Assembly: GCA_050173015.1 (NCBI GenBank)
Contig: JBFXLE010000008.1
Coordinates: 96,584 to 160,583 of the forward strand
DNA from: Calditrichaceae bacterium
GTDB taxonomy: Bacteria; Calditrichota; Calditrichia; Calditrichales; JBFXGD01
Length of the DNA stretch: 64,000 nucleotides
Direction: 5' to 3'
Below are positions 40,770-49,604 of the stretch, piece by piece. A program made the translations under genes and the position numbers. Positions within the stretch are counted from its first letter, which is position 1. Each line of letters opens with the position of its first letter. The notes beneath the pieces were generated by a model, which was given only the letters and a program-made list of their open reading frames with translations, was not told where the DNA came from and did no database searches.

Positions 40770-43001
40770 TTAAAATTTTAATCCCGCCGTTATGGTGACA
40801 TTAACCGGGTAACCGGGATAGTAAGATTCACTCCAGACGCCCCTGCTGTAACTGGCGTAAGCCCATGTAGCGTAATTTGTATCAAATACATTGTTTACAC
40901 TCAAAGACGCGAAATAACGCCGTGTTTCATATGACAGTTTGGTGTTTACAATACCGTATCCGCCATATAGATGTACATTTTCATTGTCCATATAATATTT
41001 ATCTACCCATTTCCAGCTTATATCCGCGCTCAACCCTGAAGAATGAACATAGCGCAGATCGGCTCCAACCTGATGGCGGGGTGTTTTCCTGAGATAATTA
41101 TCATTGTAATCCTGGGAATTATCAAAACGGGCCTCTAAATACGCGTAATTCAATGAGAGTATCAGAGATTCCACTAATTTCAGATTTCCCGCAAATTCAA
41201 CTCCTTTATGAATGGTCTCACCGACATTCTCGTATTTTCCTGAAATCTCATCCTTGATAATCTGATCGGTAAAGTTCATCGCAAATAAGGAAACCTGGTA
41301 ATCAAATCTCCGTGATATCTTTCCCCGCGCGCCTATTTCATAATTCGTCAGATACTCGGATTTCAAATCCGGATTGGGTACCACCCCATATCCGCCAATA
41401 AATAACTGAGAAATTTGCGGAGGGTTGAAACCCCGTCCGACATTGGTGTAGATAGTTAAAAATTTGAATGGATTATAGGATAATGCCAGTTTTGGACTCC
41501 AGGCGCTGATTGTGGCGACATCCGAAGTATTTCCGTCGTCGGGGAGACGATCATCCCAATCATAATGAACACGGTCGTATCTGAGTCCGAATGAAAGCAT
41601 CAGGGGATTGGAAATCTGAAAATCATTTTGCAGGTAATACCCATTGATATCATAGATACTTGTTCCCTTATCCGTCATATCCGTCTTGACACCAAATTCG
41701 TCAAGATCAAATGTTTCGGAATCACCGTTTTCCCGCTCAGCAGTGATTCCGCCGATAAGAGAATTTCTTTTCCCAAGGATAAAAAATGATCGCTGCAGTC
41801 TTATTTCACCGCCAAAAAGATTGATGTCATCTTCGCTGGTGAAGGTATCGTTATAACCGCCTTCATCCATGCAATTTCTGAAAAATAAATTGGAATTCAG
41901 GTCGAATCCGGATGAAAAATGTTTTTTATGTGTGATTCCAAGCCTGAAAAACTCCTTTTTGCTTCCCGCGAATTTATTTTCGTTTGCTGTTTCGCGCGCT
42001 TCGAACTGCTCCTTAGAGAGAGAACCGGGAAAATCGGTATCACTCCGGATATAGTCCAGCGACAGCATCATATTACCCAATCGCTCGTAATCGGTCTGGA
42101 GTTTTGCGGCGAATTTATCCGCGTTGTATGAATTTCTGTCTCTGTACCCGTTTGTGGAATGATCCGACGCGCTGAGATATATCCCGTACTGGCCTAATTG
42201 GCCGCCGGCGCTCATAGTAAATTTTTTTAAATCGTATGCGCCGAATGATGATTCTATTTTGCTTTCAAATTTTTTCGGGGCCTTTTTTGTGACGATATTG
42301 ATAACCCCCGTAATACCATTTGGACCGTATAATGCTGATACCGGACCCTTCAAGACTTCAATCTTTTCGATATTTCCAAGATCAATCCCTTCAAAATCAA
42401 CCCTTCCCATTGCTTCATTAATGGAAATCCCGTCAACCAGTACTAAAATTCCCCTTGTCACATGAGAATGCAGTCCCACACCGCGGAAACTCACCACATT
42501 ATATTCTGAATGAAAACGGTCTTCAGTAAAAACCCCCGGAATTTTCTGAAGCATGGTCTCCACATTTCTCATTTCGGCCTGTTTTATATCATCCATTGAG
42601 ACCAGATATACCGAGGCCGGAATATCTTTTATCTCTTTTTCCATTTTTGTCGCCGTTACAACGACTCTTCCTTCTGATTCATAAATTATCGGATTAAGAC
42701 CGAAATTTATTGTTGTAGTTTCACCTGCATTCACCCGGATGTCTTTTCTCACCACTTTTTCATATCCGATCAACAATGCTTCAAGGGTGTAAACGCCGGG
42801 TTTGACATTACGAATTTCGTAATTACCGGCATAGTCGCTTACATCCCCGAGATATTCGCCTGTAATGTATATTTGTGCTTCCTGGAGTACGGTATTTGTT
42901 AAATTGTCATTCACATTCCCTTTAATGACACCGAATTCCTGAGCAAAAATTATATTTGCGAACAGAATCAGTAAAAACCCCCCAGATGTGAAATATTTCA
43001 T
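40770..43001 (-). CDS. TonB-dependent outer membrane receptor with N-terminal carboxypeptidase-regulatory-like domain
   Basis: VVVTATK, ILVLVDG, IEKIEVLKGPVSALYG..G.TGVINIVT, NPDLKSE...NYEIG, VNNVFD, terminal Phe. Confidence 0.93.
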   Translation of the reverse strand: MKYFTSGGFLLILFANIIFAQEFGVIKGNVNDNLTNTVLQEAQIYITGEYLGDVSDYAGNYEIRNVKPGVYTLEALLIGYEKVVRKDIRVNAGETTTINFGLNPIIYESEGRVVVTATKMEKEIKDIPASVYLVSMDDIKQAEMRNVETMLQKIPGVFTEDRFHSEYNVVSFRGVGLHSHVTRGILVLVDGISINEAMGRVDFEGIDLGNIEKIEVLKGPVSALYGPNGITGVINIVTKKAPKKFESKIESSFGAYDLKKFTMSAGGQLGQYGIYLSASDHSTNGYRDRNSYNADKFAAKLQTDYERLGNMMLSLDYIRSDTDFPGSLSKEQFEARETANENKFAGSKKEFFRLGITHKKHFSSGFDLNSNLFFRNCMDEGGYNDTFTSEDDINLFGGEIRLQRSFFILGKRNSLIGGITAERENGDSETFDLDEFGVKTDMTDKGTSIYDINGYYLQNDFQISNPLMLSFGLRYDRVHYDWDDRLPDDGNTSDVATISAWSPKLALSYNPFKFLTIYTNVGRGFNPPQISQLFIGGYGVVPNPDLKSEYLTNYEIGARGKISRRFDYQVSLFAMNFTDQIIKDEISGKYENVGETIHKGVEFAGNLKLVESLILSLNYAYLEARFDNSQDYNDNYLRKTPRHQVGADLRYVHSSGLSADISWKWVDKYYMDNENVHLYGGYGIVNTKLSYETRRYFASLSVNNVFDTNYATWAYASYSRGVWSESYYPGYPVNVTITAGLKF

Positions 43002-43086
43002 TTATTTTCTCCTGATGCTGAGAGTTCTATGTTAAACTTTAAATCATACGTGAGAGACCGAGAATGAAGCCTTTAAAGCACAAATT

Positions 43087-43572
43087 CTATTTTTGTTTGT
43101 TCTTTTCAGCCATTCGCTCCATTCTGATTGCTGTGGCGGTTTTTATCATTTCTAAACCGGTTAAATAGGTACCGCCGTAATGCCCGATAAAAAATTCAGC
43201 ATTTTCACTGCTTCTGAATGAAAAAGTCGGCATCATGGCATAAGCGGGGAGAATGTTGCTGCCGACCACAAAACTGGCATCGTTCATTTCTATCAGATCA
43301 CCCGTATAGAAATCCTTTACTTTTACGGAAGTGTATTTAGTTTTGTCCATCAATGCTGTCGCGCAGCCCACGGCGCAGGCATGTGTTACCGGGCCCCCGT
43401 CAAGTGACAATTCAATCCGAGTCCACATCTTTTCATAAACATCCATTCCGCAAATGGGGCAGGATCCGATTTTATCACCCAGATCCGGCTTCAGAACCGC
43501 GCCGGCGTTTTGTGAGTACCCGATAGCCATAAATAATAAAATGCAAATTATGATTAATTTTATCGATTTCAT
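43087..43572 (-). CDS. nosL: NosL-like secreted protein (4-Cys variant)
   Basis: Signal peptide, CPICGM, HACAVGC, DASFVVGS, AMMP, AEFFIGHYGG. Confidence 0.75.
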   Translation of the reverse strand: MKSIKLIIICILLFMAIGYSQNAGAVLKPDLGDKIGSCPICGMDVYEKMWTRIELSLDGGPVTHACAVGCATALMDKTKYTSVKVKDFYTGDLIEMNDASFVVGSNILPAYAMMPTFSFRSSENAEFFIGHYGGTYLTGLEMIKTATAIRMERMAEKNKQK

Positions 43573-43615
43573 TTTTAATCTCCGTTTTACTTTTTAAAGA
43601 TTAATTTTGAATGAA

Positions 43616-44101
43616 TTACATTTCCTGTCCAACAGACAGTCTCATCAACAAATCCCATGTGACTTCGTCAAATTTTAACATTTTACTACCCTGATGATCC
43701 TCCCTGAATTCTTCCGCGTCCGTTTTTGTTTTTAGCGGCACCAGTTCATTCCCCATCGGCCCAAGAATATCGCTGTCAATCACAAAAAAGGCGCTGTCGG
43801 CTTCTACCCACTGCAGTTCATAATATTCGCGAACATATATTTTCACCGGTTTTTGTTCAGCGGACCCTCCGTATTTTTCCGGATGCAGAAAATATTTAAA
43901 CATATCTTTTGGACCGTCAAAAAACTTCACCATCCCATCCGCATAAATCATTTCAGCAATCCATTTCGGATAGGGGTGAACAAACATGGCGCAAACCGGA
44001 CAGCGATCCTTCTCACCGGGCATTTTTGGATTTTGATCAGCAGCCTCCGAAACAAAAACAACCAGGAGAAGCGACAAAATGATTATTTTGATTTTTTTCA
44101 T
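43616..44101 (-). CDS. nosL: NosL family copper chaperone
   Basis: CPVCAM, FFDGPKDM, AFFVIDSDILGPMG, AEEFREDHQG. Confidence 0.85.
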   Translation of the reverse strand: MKKIKIIILSLLLVVFVSEAADQNPKMPGEKDRCPVCAMFVHPYPKWIAEMIYADGMVKFFDGPKDMFKYFLHPEKYGGSAEQKPVKIYVREYYELQWVEADSAFFVIDSDILGPMGNELVPLKTKTDAEEFREDHQGSKMLKFDEVTWDLLMRLSVGQEM

Positions 44102-44164
44102 TTATAAATATCCTTTAAATCTTGTGTTCAAAAGACAAGCGTTATTATTGTTCCCCCACAGGAC

Positions 44165-44686
44165 TCAGGGACCGTTCTGACTTGCTGTCTTATTTTCAGT
44201 TCGGCGGCCAATTCTGTCAAAAATATATTGTTCTGTAAGCCACCCGACATAAACCTCGAGAATCACACCTTCCCTGCTTAGTACAAAAGTAGTGGGGATT
44301 CCTTTGATTTTGTAGCGCTTCGCGGTTTTTGCGTACTCATCCACCAGCATTGGAAAAGTCACGTTAAATTCAATCTGAAAATCCTCCACATGATATTTGC
44401 TCTGTCCAACATTTACGCAAAGAATTTCCGCCTGCGCCATATCGCCAAACTTCTCATACGAGTTCTGCATCACCGGAAACTCGGAACGACATTCAGAGCA
44501 CCAATCCCCCCAAAAATGAAGAAGGACTATTTTCCCTTTATAGTCATTTAATGATACTTCCCTGCCGTTTACGTCATTTAGAAGAAAATCAGGCGCCTGC
44601 TCACCGATTTCGGGCATTCTATCACCGCATCCCATCATCATCATGAGAAAAAGGGTGATGATCCCCGTCTCTGAGATTTTTTTCAA
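44165..44686 (-). CDS. TlpA/ResA-like thiol-disulfide oxidoreductase lipoprotein
   Basis: Lipobox-like MMGC, APDF.L, FWGDWCSECRSEFP, GIPTTF; TTG start. Confidence 0.88.
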   Translation of the reverse strand: MKKISETGIITLFLMMMMGCGDRMPEIGEQAPDFLLNDVNGREVSLNDYKGKIVLLHFWGDWCSECRSEFPVMQNSYEKFGDMAQAEILCVNVGQSKYHVEDFQIEFNVTFPMLVDEYAKTAKRYKIKGIPTTFVLSREGVILEVYVGWLTEQYIFDRIGRRTENKTASQNGP

Positions 44687-44769
44687 TTTCAGATACTCCG
44701 AAATAAATTCCGTCTCATAAAAACGGGATATTAATCAAGTTTTATTAATTAGAAGACTAAAGGGATGGA

Positions 44770-45147
44770 TTATTCGGGTGGATGATAAATATCCTTCTGT
44801 AAAACAGGGATACTCAAAAAATCATTTTTTGGTTTTAACAGGGTTTGCTTATCGGGGATTAAAAGCAAATTTTCAAAAAACATTAATTTAGCGGTTAGAT
44901 CCATAACCACCGGAACAATCGTACTCATGCGTGAAGCACAATGCGTAAACCCGATCAGGCCGGCCTCATCATCACAGGTGCATTTTGTCATATCACCATT
45001 GCATCCGCAATTGCAATAATGGACCAAATCCGGAAGCGCTTCCGCCTGCCGGAAGGCTTCCTGAATGACAGGTACTCCGGCCATATTAAAAATGACCAGG
45101 AAGCTCATAAATAACGCCAGGATTTTTTTCCGATTGACCCGATTCAT
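44770..45147 (-). CDS. Cys-rich exported leader-type protein with C-terminal HPP (CruR/DUF2946-like architecture)
   Basis: N-terminal hydrophobic segment, HYCNCGC...KCTC...HC, ends DIYHPPE. Confidence 0.65.
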   Translation of the reverse strand: MNRVNRKKILALFMSFLVIFNMAGVPVIQEAFRQAEALPDLVHYCNCGCNGDMTKCTCDDEAGLIGFTHCASRMSTIVPVVMDLTAKLMFFENLLLIPDKQTLLKPKNDFLSIPVLQKDIYHPPE

Positions 45148-45165
45148 TTTAAACCAATTTTGATA

Positions 45166-45999
45166 TTACAAATCTTTGTTTGAAAATATTTTTATCGCCA
45201 GCGCCAGCGGCAGACCGCCCCATGCCAGCAATGCCGTAAATAATACCAGAAATCCGCTTCCCGTTCCGCCTACAAACTTTAATACCGCCCCTGCCGTAGG
45301 CCCGAACATGATCTTTCCGCCCAGAACAAACAAGGTTCCTACCCTTACAAGATCAACCGGATTTCCAAAAAGCATTCCAAAAAGCACATTACGGAGTACG
45401 TTTCCCTCAAAACTGGAAGCCAGCCACATGACAAGCAAATCATAAAGAATAACAAATATGAACCAGACAAATAAACCGATACTGAGGGCTTGTGTTCTTT
45501 TCATAGTGATCACACTTATCAGCGCGGAAATACTTAAAAATATCAACCCTAAAACAAGACTCAGCAAAACAAAAGCGATATACGCCGTCAGATCACTCGC
45601 GCCCGCTCTCCATCCGATGACCATACCGGCGGCGCCGAAACCGATACCTGTGGAAATCACTATAGCGAGAAACAAACCAAAATACTTCCCCAGCAGATTT
45701 TCTGATCGCAATACCGGCTGTGATATCTGAAGCTGCAGTGCTCCCGGTTCATCCGACGCAAAGCTCATTGCTCCCAGAATTAGAGCTACCAACGGGACAA
45801 GGTAAAGATTCAAATTTAATAAACTCGCTGTTGTGCGGATAAAATCCTGGAAACCGGTAAATCCTGATATTTTTGTGCCCGCGAAACTGATTGTAAGAGC
45901 GATTACAGCAAATACCACCGAAAAAATCATCACCCAACGGCTACGGATTACCGAGAGTAATTCCTGCATGGCAATTGAATTAATTATTTTAATATTCAT
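45166..45999 (-). CDS. nosY: NosY ABC permease
   Basis: ASLLNL.LYLVPLVAL, SQPV.R...LGKY, LFVWF.FV.LYD, GNPVDLVR; nos context. Confidence 0.88.
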   Translation of the reverse strand: MNIKIINSIAMQELLSVIRSRWVMIFSVVFAVIALTISFAGTKISGFTGFQDFIRTTASLLNLNLYLVPLVALILGAMSFASDEPGALQLQISQPVLRSENLLGKYFGLFLAIVISTGIGFGAAGMVIGWRAGASDLTAYIAFVLLSLVLGLIFLSISALISVITMKRTQALSIGLFVWFIFVILYDLLVMWLASSFEGNVLRNVLFGMLFGNPVDLVRVGTLFVLGGKIMFGPTAGAVLKFVGGTGSGFLVLFTALLAWGGLPLALAIKIFSNKDL

Positions 46000-46759
46000 A
46001 GGATTCCTTTGTCTCTTCTGCCAGATGCGCTCCCGTTACAATGAGCCTGCCAATTATTTTATCTGAATTATTCTCAAAAATATCAAAGCGGTCGCCGGGC
46101 TTATCAACCTTTAATCTGTACATTCTTGATTCCCCGTATGGAATTTCCATTTGCAATTCAGGATAATTCAGGATACTGATTGACGCATCCTTTTCTGTCC
46201 GGTTCGATATACGAATCTGTACTATCTGATTCAGAGTTGCTTCAAATACTTCCGGAGTGAGCTTATTCTGGATATAATCCGCCCGGACATATAAATCCGG
46301 TTCCTGATATTCGTCCCACATTTTATTCCATGAGAGAATTTCGCCCTCGCGGATTGTATTTTTAAATTTCAGCGCTGCCGCCGAATCGCTAAAAGTCGTA
46401 ACATTAAAGTCCATGACAGGAGTGCGATAATCACCCCTGACAAAGAGAGCGCTGTCCGCGGCAATCCAGTTTTTTGTGTCAAAGGCAATCACATAAAATT
46501 TGAGTATATTATTTTTCTCCCTCACGTGGCCGCCGGAAAAATACTGTACCATGCAGATGGGATGATCAAATTTTATGATCTCTCCATTTATTTTGATTAA
46601 TTCAGCGGCATACTCAAAATCAAGAATCTCCATCCGGCAGGTTATACAAATATCACCCTTTTCAACCGGTACGGGCTCACCCGAAATGCTCCCGCATCCC
46701 GTAATCAATGAAAAGATGGCACTTAATATGGCCTGACCGATCCATTTTTGTATGCTCAT
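45989..46759 (-). CDS. nosL: NosL lipoprotein with extra C-terminal beta-rich domain
   Basis: Lipobox ITGC, DICITCRMEI, KFDHPICM, TPVM; about 100-aa C-terminal extension. Confidence 0.82.
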   Translation of the reverse strand: MSIQKWIGQAILSAIFSLITGCGSISGEPVPVEKGDICITCRMEILDFEYAAELIKINGEIIKFDHPICMVQYFSGGHVREKNNILKFYVIAFDTKNWIAADSALFVRGDYRTPVMDFNVTTFSDSAAALKFKNTIREGEILSWNKMWDEYQEPDLYVRADYIQNKLTPEVFEATLNQIVQIRISNRTEKDASISILNYPELQMEIPYGESRMYRLKVDKPGDRFDIFENNSDKIIGRLIVTGAHLAEETKESYEY

Positions 46760-47664
46760 TCCTGAATATTCTCCGAAAATATCCTGTTGTAAACATATTC
46801 CAGCGTCGGGTCTTCCGTCCAGAAACGCTCTATTTTTGCCCCGGCTTTACGCAGAATTTCCAGCAAATTAGGACGTTTGTCGGCTTCAACAACTACCCGG
46901 AAAATGTCACCTTCGATTTCAACTTCCCTCGCTCCGTTCGCAAGAAGCAGATCCTTGTATTCCGGTTGTGTATTAAGAAATACAATAATCATTCTGGCAT
47001 CGGCGTCAGATGTTCTCTTTAATTCAAGCGCGTCTTTTACGGCAATCAGCCGGCCGTCTTTCAGAAGAGCGATTCGGTCCGCCAGTTGTTCCGCTTCGCT
47101 CAACAGATGTGTGGCCATGACAATAGTGCATTTTCTGGCTTTAATCTCCCTCACGAGTTCTTTAAACTTGGCCACGCCCTGCAGATCAAGGTTTATGGTT
47201 GGCTCATCAAGGATGTAGACGTTAGCCGGAGACAATTTCAATAATCCTAGACCAAGCCTCTGAACCATTCCCCCTGAAAACACCCCGACAAATTTATCCG
47301 TTGATCCGTTCAGATTGATATCTTTTAAAATCTCATTAATATGAGTCTGCGGTTGTTGTCTTATTTTCGAGTGATACAAAAGAATCTCTCTGGCCGTCAA
47401 ATTATCCGGAAATGACAGCCTCTGGGGCAAAAACATCATATTTTTTTTAACTTCCCTTGGATATTTCCAGACATCGGTGTCATTGACTAAAATCTGTCCG
47501 GTTGTGGGCTTGATAAGCCCAATGATCATTTTTAATAATGTCGATTTTCCGCTGCCGTTCGGACCAAGCAGAGCAAAGGTCTCTCCGGGTTTTATGTCAA
47601 GATCGACGTTATTAACAGCAAGCGTATCTTTGAATTTTTTTGATATATTTCTGATCTTTATCAT
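46756..47664 (-). CDS. nosF: NosF ABC ATPase
   Basis: GPNGSGKST, FSGGMVQR, LDEPT; lies between nosD and nosL/nosY. Confidence 0.85.
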   Translation of the reverse strand: MIKIRNISKKFKDTLAVNNVDLDIKPGETFALLGPNGSGKSTLLKMIIGLIKPTTGQILVNDTDVWKYPREVKKNMMFLPQRLSFPDNLTAREILLYHSKIRQQPQTHINEILKDINLNGSTDKFVGVFSGGMVQRLGLGLLKLSPANVYILDEPTINLDLQGVAKFKELVREIKARKCTIVMATHLLSEAEQLADRIALLKDGRLIAVKDALELKRTSDADARMIIVFLNTQPEYKDLLLANGAREVEIEGDIFRVVVEADKRPNLLEILRKAGAKIERFWTEDPTLEYVYNRIFSENIQE

Positions 47665-47680
47665 AATCCGTCCGGGATAA

Positions 47681-49102
47681 TTAAATTTCTGATTTGAACC
47701 AACTGTTTACCCGATATATCATGAGACCGGAGAAGCCGAATAATAATGACGAAAAAAGAAGCATCGGGAAAATCATTTTTTTCTCATTCGGCGGCATTAA
47801 ACGGGACAAAAGCCACTCCGGCATCTGGACCGGCTTCATTAGCGGATAATGGTCTGTATGTTTAACCTGTTCAATAAACGGCAAGATGCGTTCTGAAAAT
47901 ACTAACGCCTGCGCGGCAGGACTATAAACATACAAACGGAAAAAGGGATACTCACCCTGAAGATGGTCAAAAATCCCCTGTACACGGTGCGGAATATCAC
48001 TTATCCCGTCCGCGTCAAGATCGTAGCCTTTAAAATTACTCCAGTAGTTACCATGATGATCTTTTTGCCATGTAACGGTTACTTCGCCTCCGACAGAAAC
48101 CAGATTACTCAGATTATCTACAAAGGTGTTATCATAAAAATTAGTACCTTCTGAACTAAGATAGTATTTAATCGCCACACCGCTTTGTGCAATGAGGTTG
48201 TTGCGGACGACATTTAAATGAGACATGTCCAGGAACATACCGGTAGTGTTATTTACAATAAGATTATACTCGGAAAGTGAATGCCGGACATCTTTATAGA
48301 GCACTCCATATGCCCGGTAACCCACATTATGAGCAAAGATGTTGTACCTGAATACGAGACCCCGCTCGGAGTACATCAGTGCGACACCCGCCACATTTTC
48401 AGTAAAATAGTTATGCTCAAACACATCATAATCCGAATACATAAAATGCAGGCCATAACGCACATTTTTAATAAGACAATGGGTTACAAGGTTGCTGTCG
48501 GCAAAATCGAAATAAATACCATCGCGCGCGCCGTAAACATATAATGAATCCAGGTGATTATTGCGCGAATCATGCAGGTGAATACCGTTTCCTCTGTCTT
48601 CTTCGGGTTCACTATCACGCCCGTGAATAGTGGTTTTTTTTATGATATTATAATTCGCGCTAAAAAGATAGATTCCGAACAAATTGTCTTCGAACAGACA
48701 ATTTTCAATAACATTATGATGCGCCTTGTAAATCTTCAATCCCGCATTATCATGAATCCGCTTATGCCCGCCTCCCCTGATAATGAAACCTTTTATCGTA
48801 CAGGAATCAGCAAACAACTTTACTGCGTCCCCTGAATCCGTCGGCGCGGATATAATAGCCCCCTGTTCCCCAAGCAAAATCAGCTTTTTATCTATCTTAA
48901 TATTCCCGAAGTATGTTCCCGCTTTCACTCTAATAGTATCGCCCGGCTGGGCGGCTTCAATCGCTGAATTTATTGAATTGAACTTTTGATCACTTTTTGA
49001 AACAAATATGGTGCCGGCCGTACTGGCGGGGGGAAACGCCAGGACGATGGCGAAACTGAGGACAACTTCTTTCCATAGACTCATTTTCATTACCGACACC
49101 AT
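47681..49102 (-). CDS. nosD: Nitrous oxide reductase maturation protein NosD
   Basis: Beta-helix repeats, RGNGIHL, RDGIY, RYGLHFMYS, GNYWS.F.GYDLDADGISDIP. Confidence 0.93.
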   Translation of the reverse strand: MVSVMKMSLWKEVVLSFAIVLAFPPASTAGTIFVSKSDQKFNSINSAIEAAQPGDTIRVKAGTYFGNIKIDKKLILLGEQGAIISAPTDSGDAVKLFADSCTIKGFIIRGGGHKRIHDNAGLKIYKAHHNVIENCLFEDNLFGIYLFSANYNIIKKTTIHGRDSEPEEDRGNGIHLHDSRNNHLDSLYVYGARDGIYFDFADSNLVTHCLIKNVRYGLHFMYSDYDVFEHNYFTENVAGVALMYSERGLVFRYNIFAHNVGYRAYGVLYKDVRHSLSEYNLIVNNTTGMFLDMSHLNVVRNNLIAQSGVAIKYYLSSEGTNFYDNTFVDNLSNLVSVGGEVTVTWQKDHHGNYWSNFKGYDLDADGISDIPHRVQGIFDHLQGEYPFFRLYVYSPAAQALVFSERILPFIEQVKHTDHYPLMKPVQMPEWLLSRLMPPNEKKMIFPMLLFSSLLFGFSGLMIYRVNSWFKSEI

Positions 49103-49172
49103 TTTTTCCCATCATTTTAAACAGATTGATTTTATACTATTATAAGAGACTCAATCAATAAAACCTGAAATC

Positions 49173-49601
49173 TTATTTCCGCCAGGTTTCTTTCTCTCCG
49201 AGATTCTGCTTCTGGGCGATTTGCCCTCTCACCGCGGCAACCCCTGCCTTTATCATCCATTGAAGCGCCTGATCAAGATCCTCCGTCATCTGATAAGTAC
49301 AAACCTTCTTTTCATCCATATCTTTCTTCACTTTTTCCATAAAGGCCAGCGCTTTTTTCTCCCACATTTTAGCATCTTTAATCTCTTCAAATACGAGAGT
49401 ATTCATTTTTCTGGACTCAACATCCTTTATGACAGAGTCAACGATGTTTTGTGTCGCTGTGCATTCGTTATATTTTGACTCACATTCCTTCATATCGAAT
49501 TTTTTTACCTTGTACTGTGCCTGAACCGGCGCGACAAGAAAGATGCCAAGAAATAACATCAGCACCATCCAGGCGGGATTATATAATTTAAAACCTTTCA
49601 T
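49173..49601 (-). CDS. Hypothetical secreted helical protein in the nos core
   Basis: Signal peptide ending VQA-Q; 3 Cys and 7 Met in the mature part; starts 3 bp after the nosB stop. Confidence 0.7.
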   Translation of the reverse strand: MKGFKLYNPAWMVLMLFLGIFLVAPVQAQYKVKKFDMKECESKYNECTATQNIVDSVIKDVESRKMNTLVFEEIKDAKMWEKKALAFMEKVKKDMDEKKVCTYQMTEDLDQALQWMIKAGVAAVRGQIAQKQNLGEKETWRK

Positions 49602-49604
49602 TAT

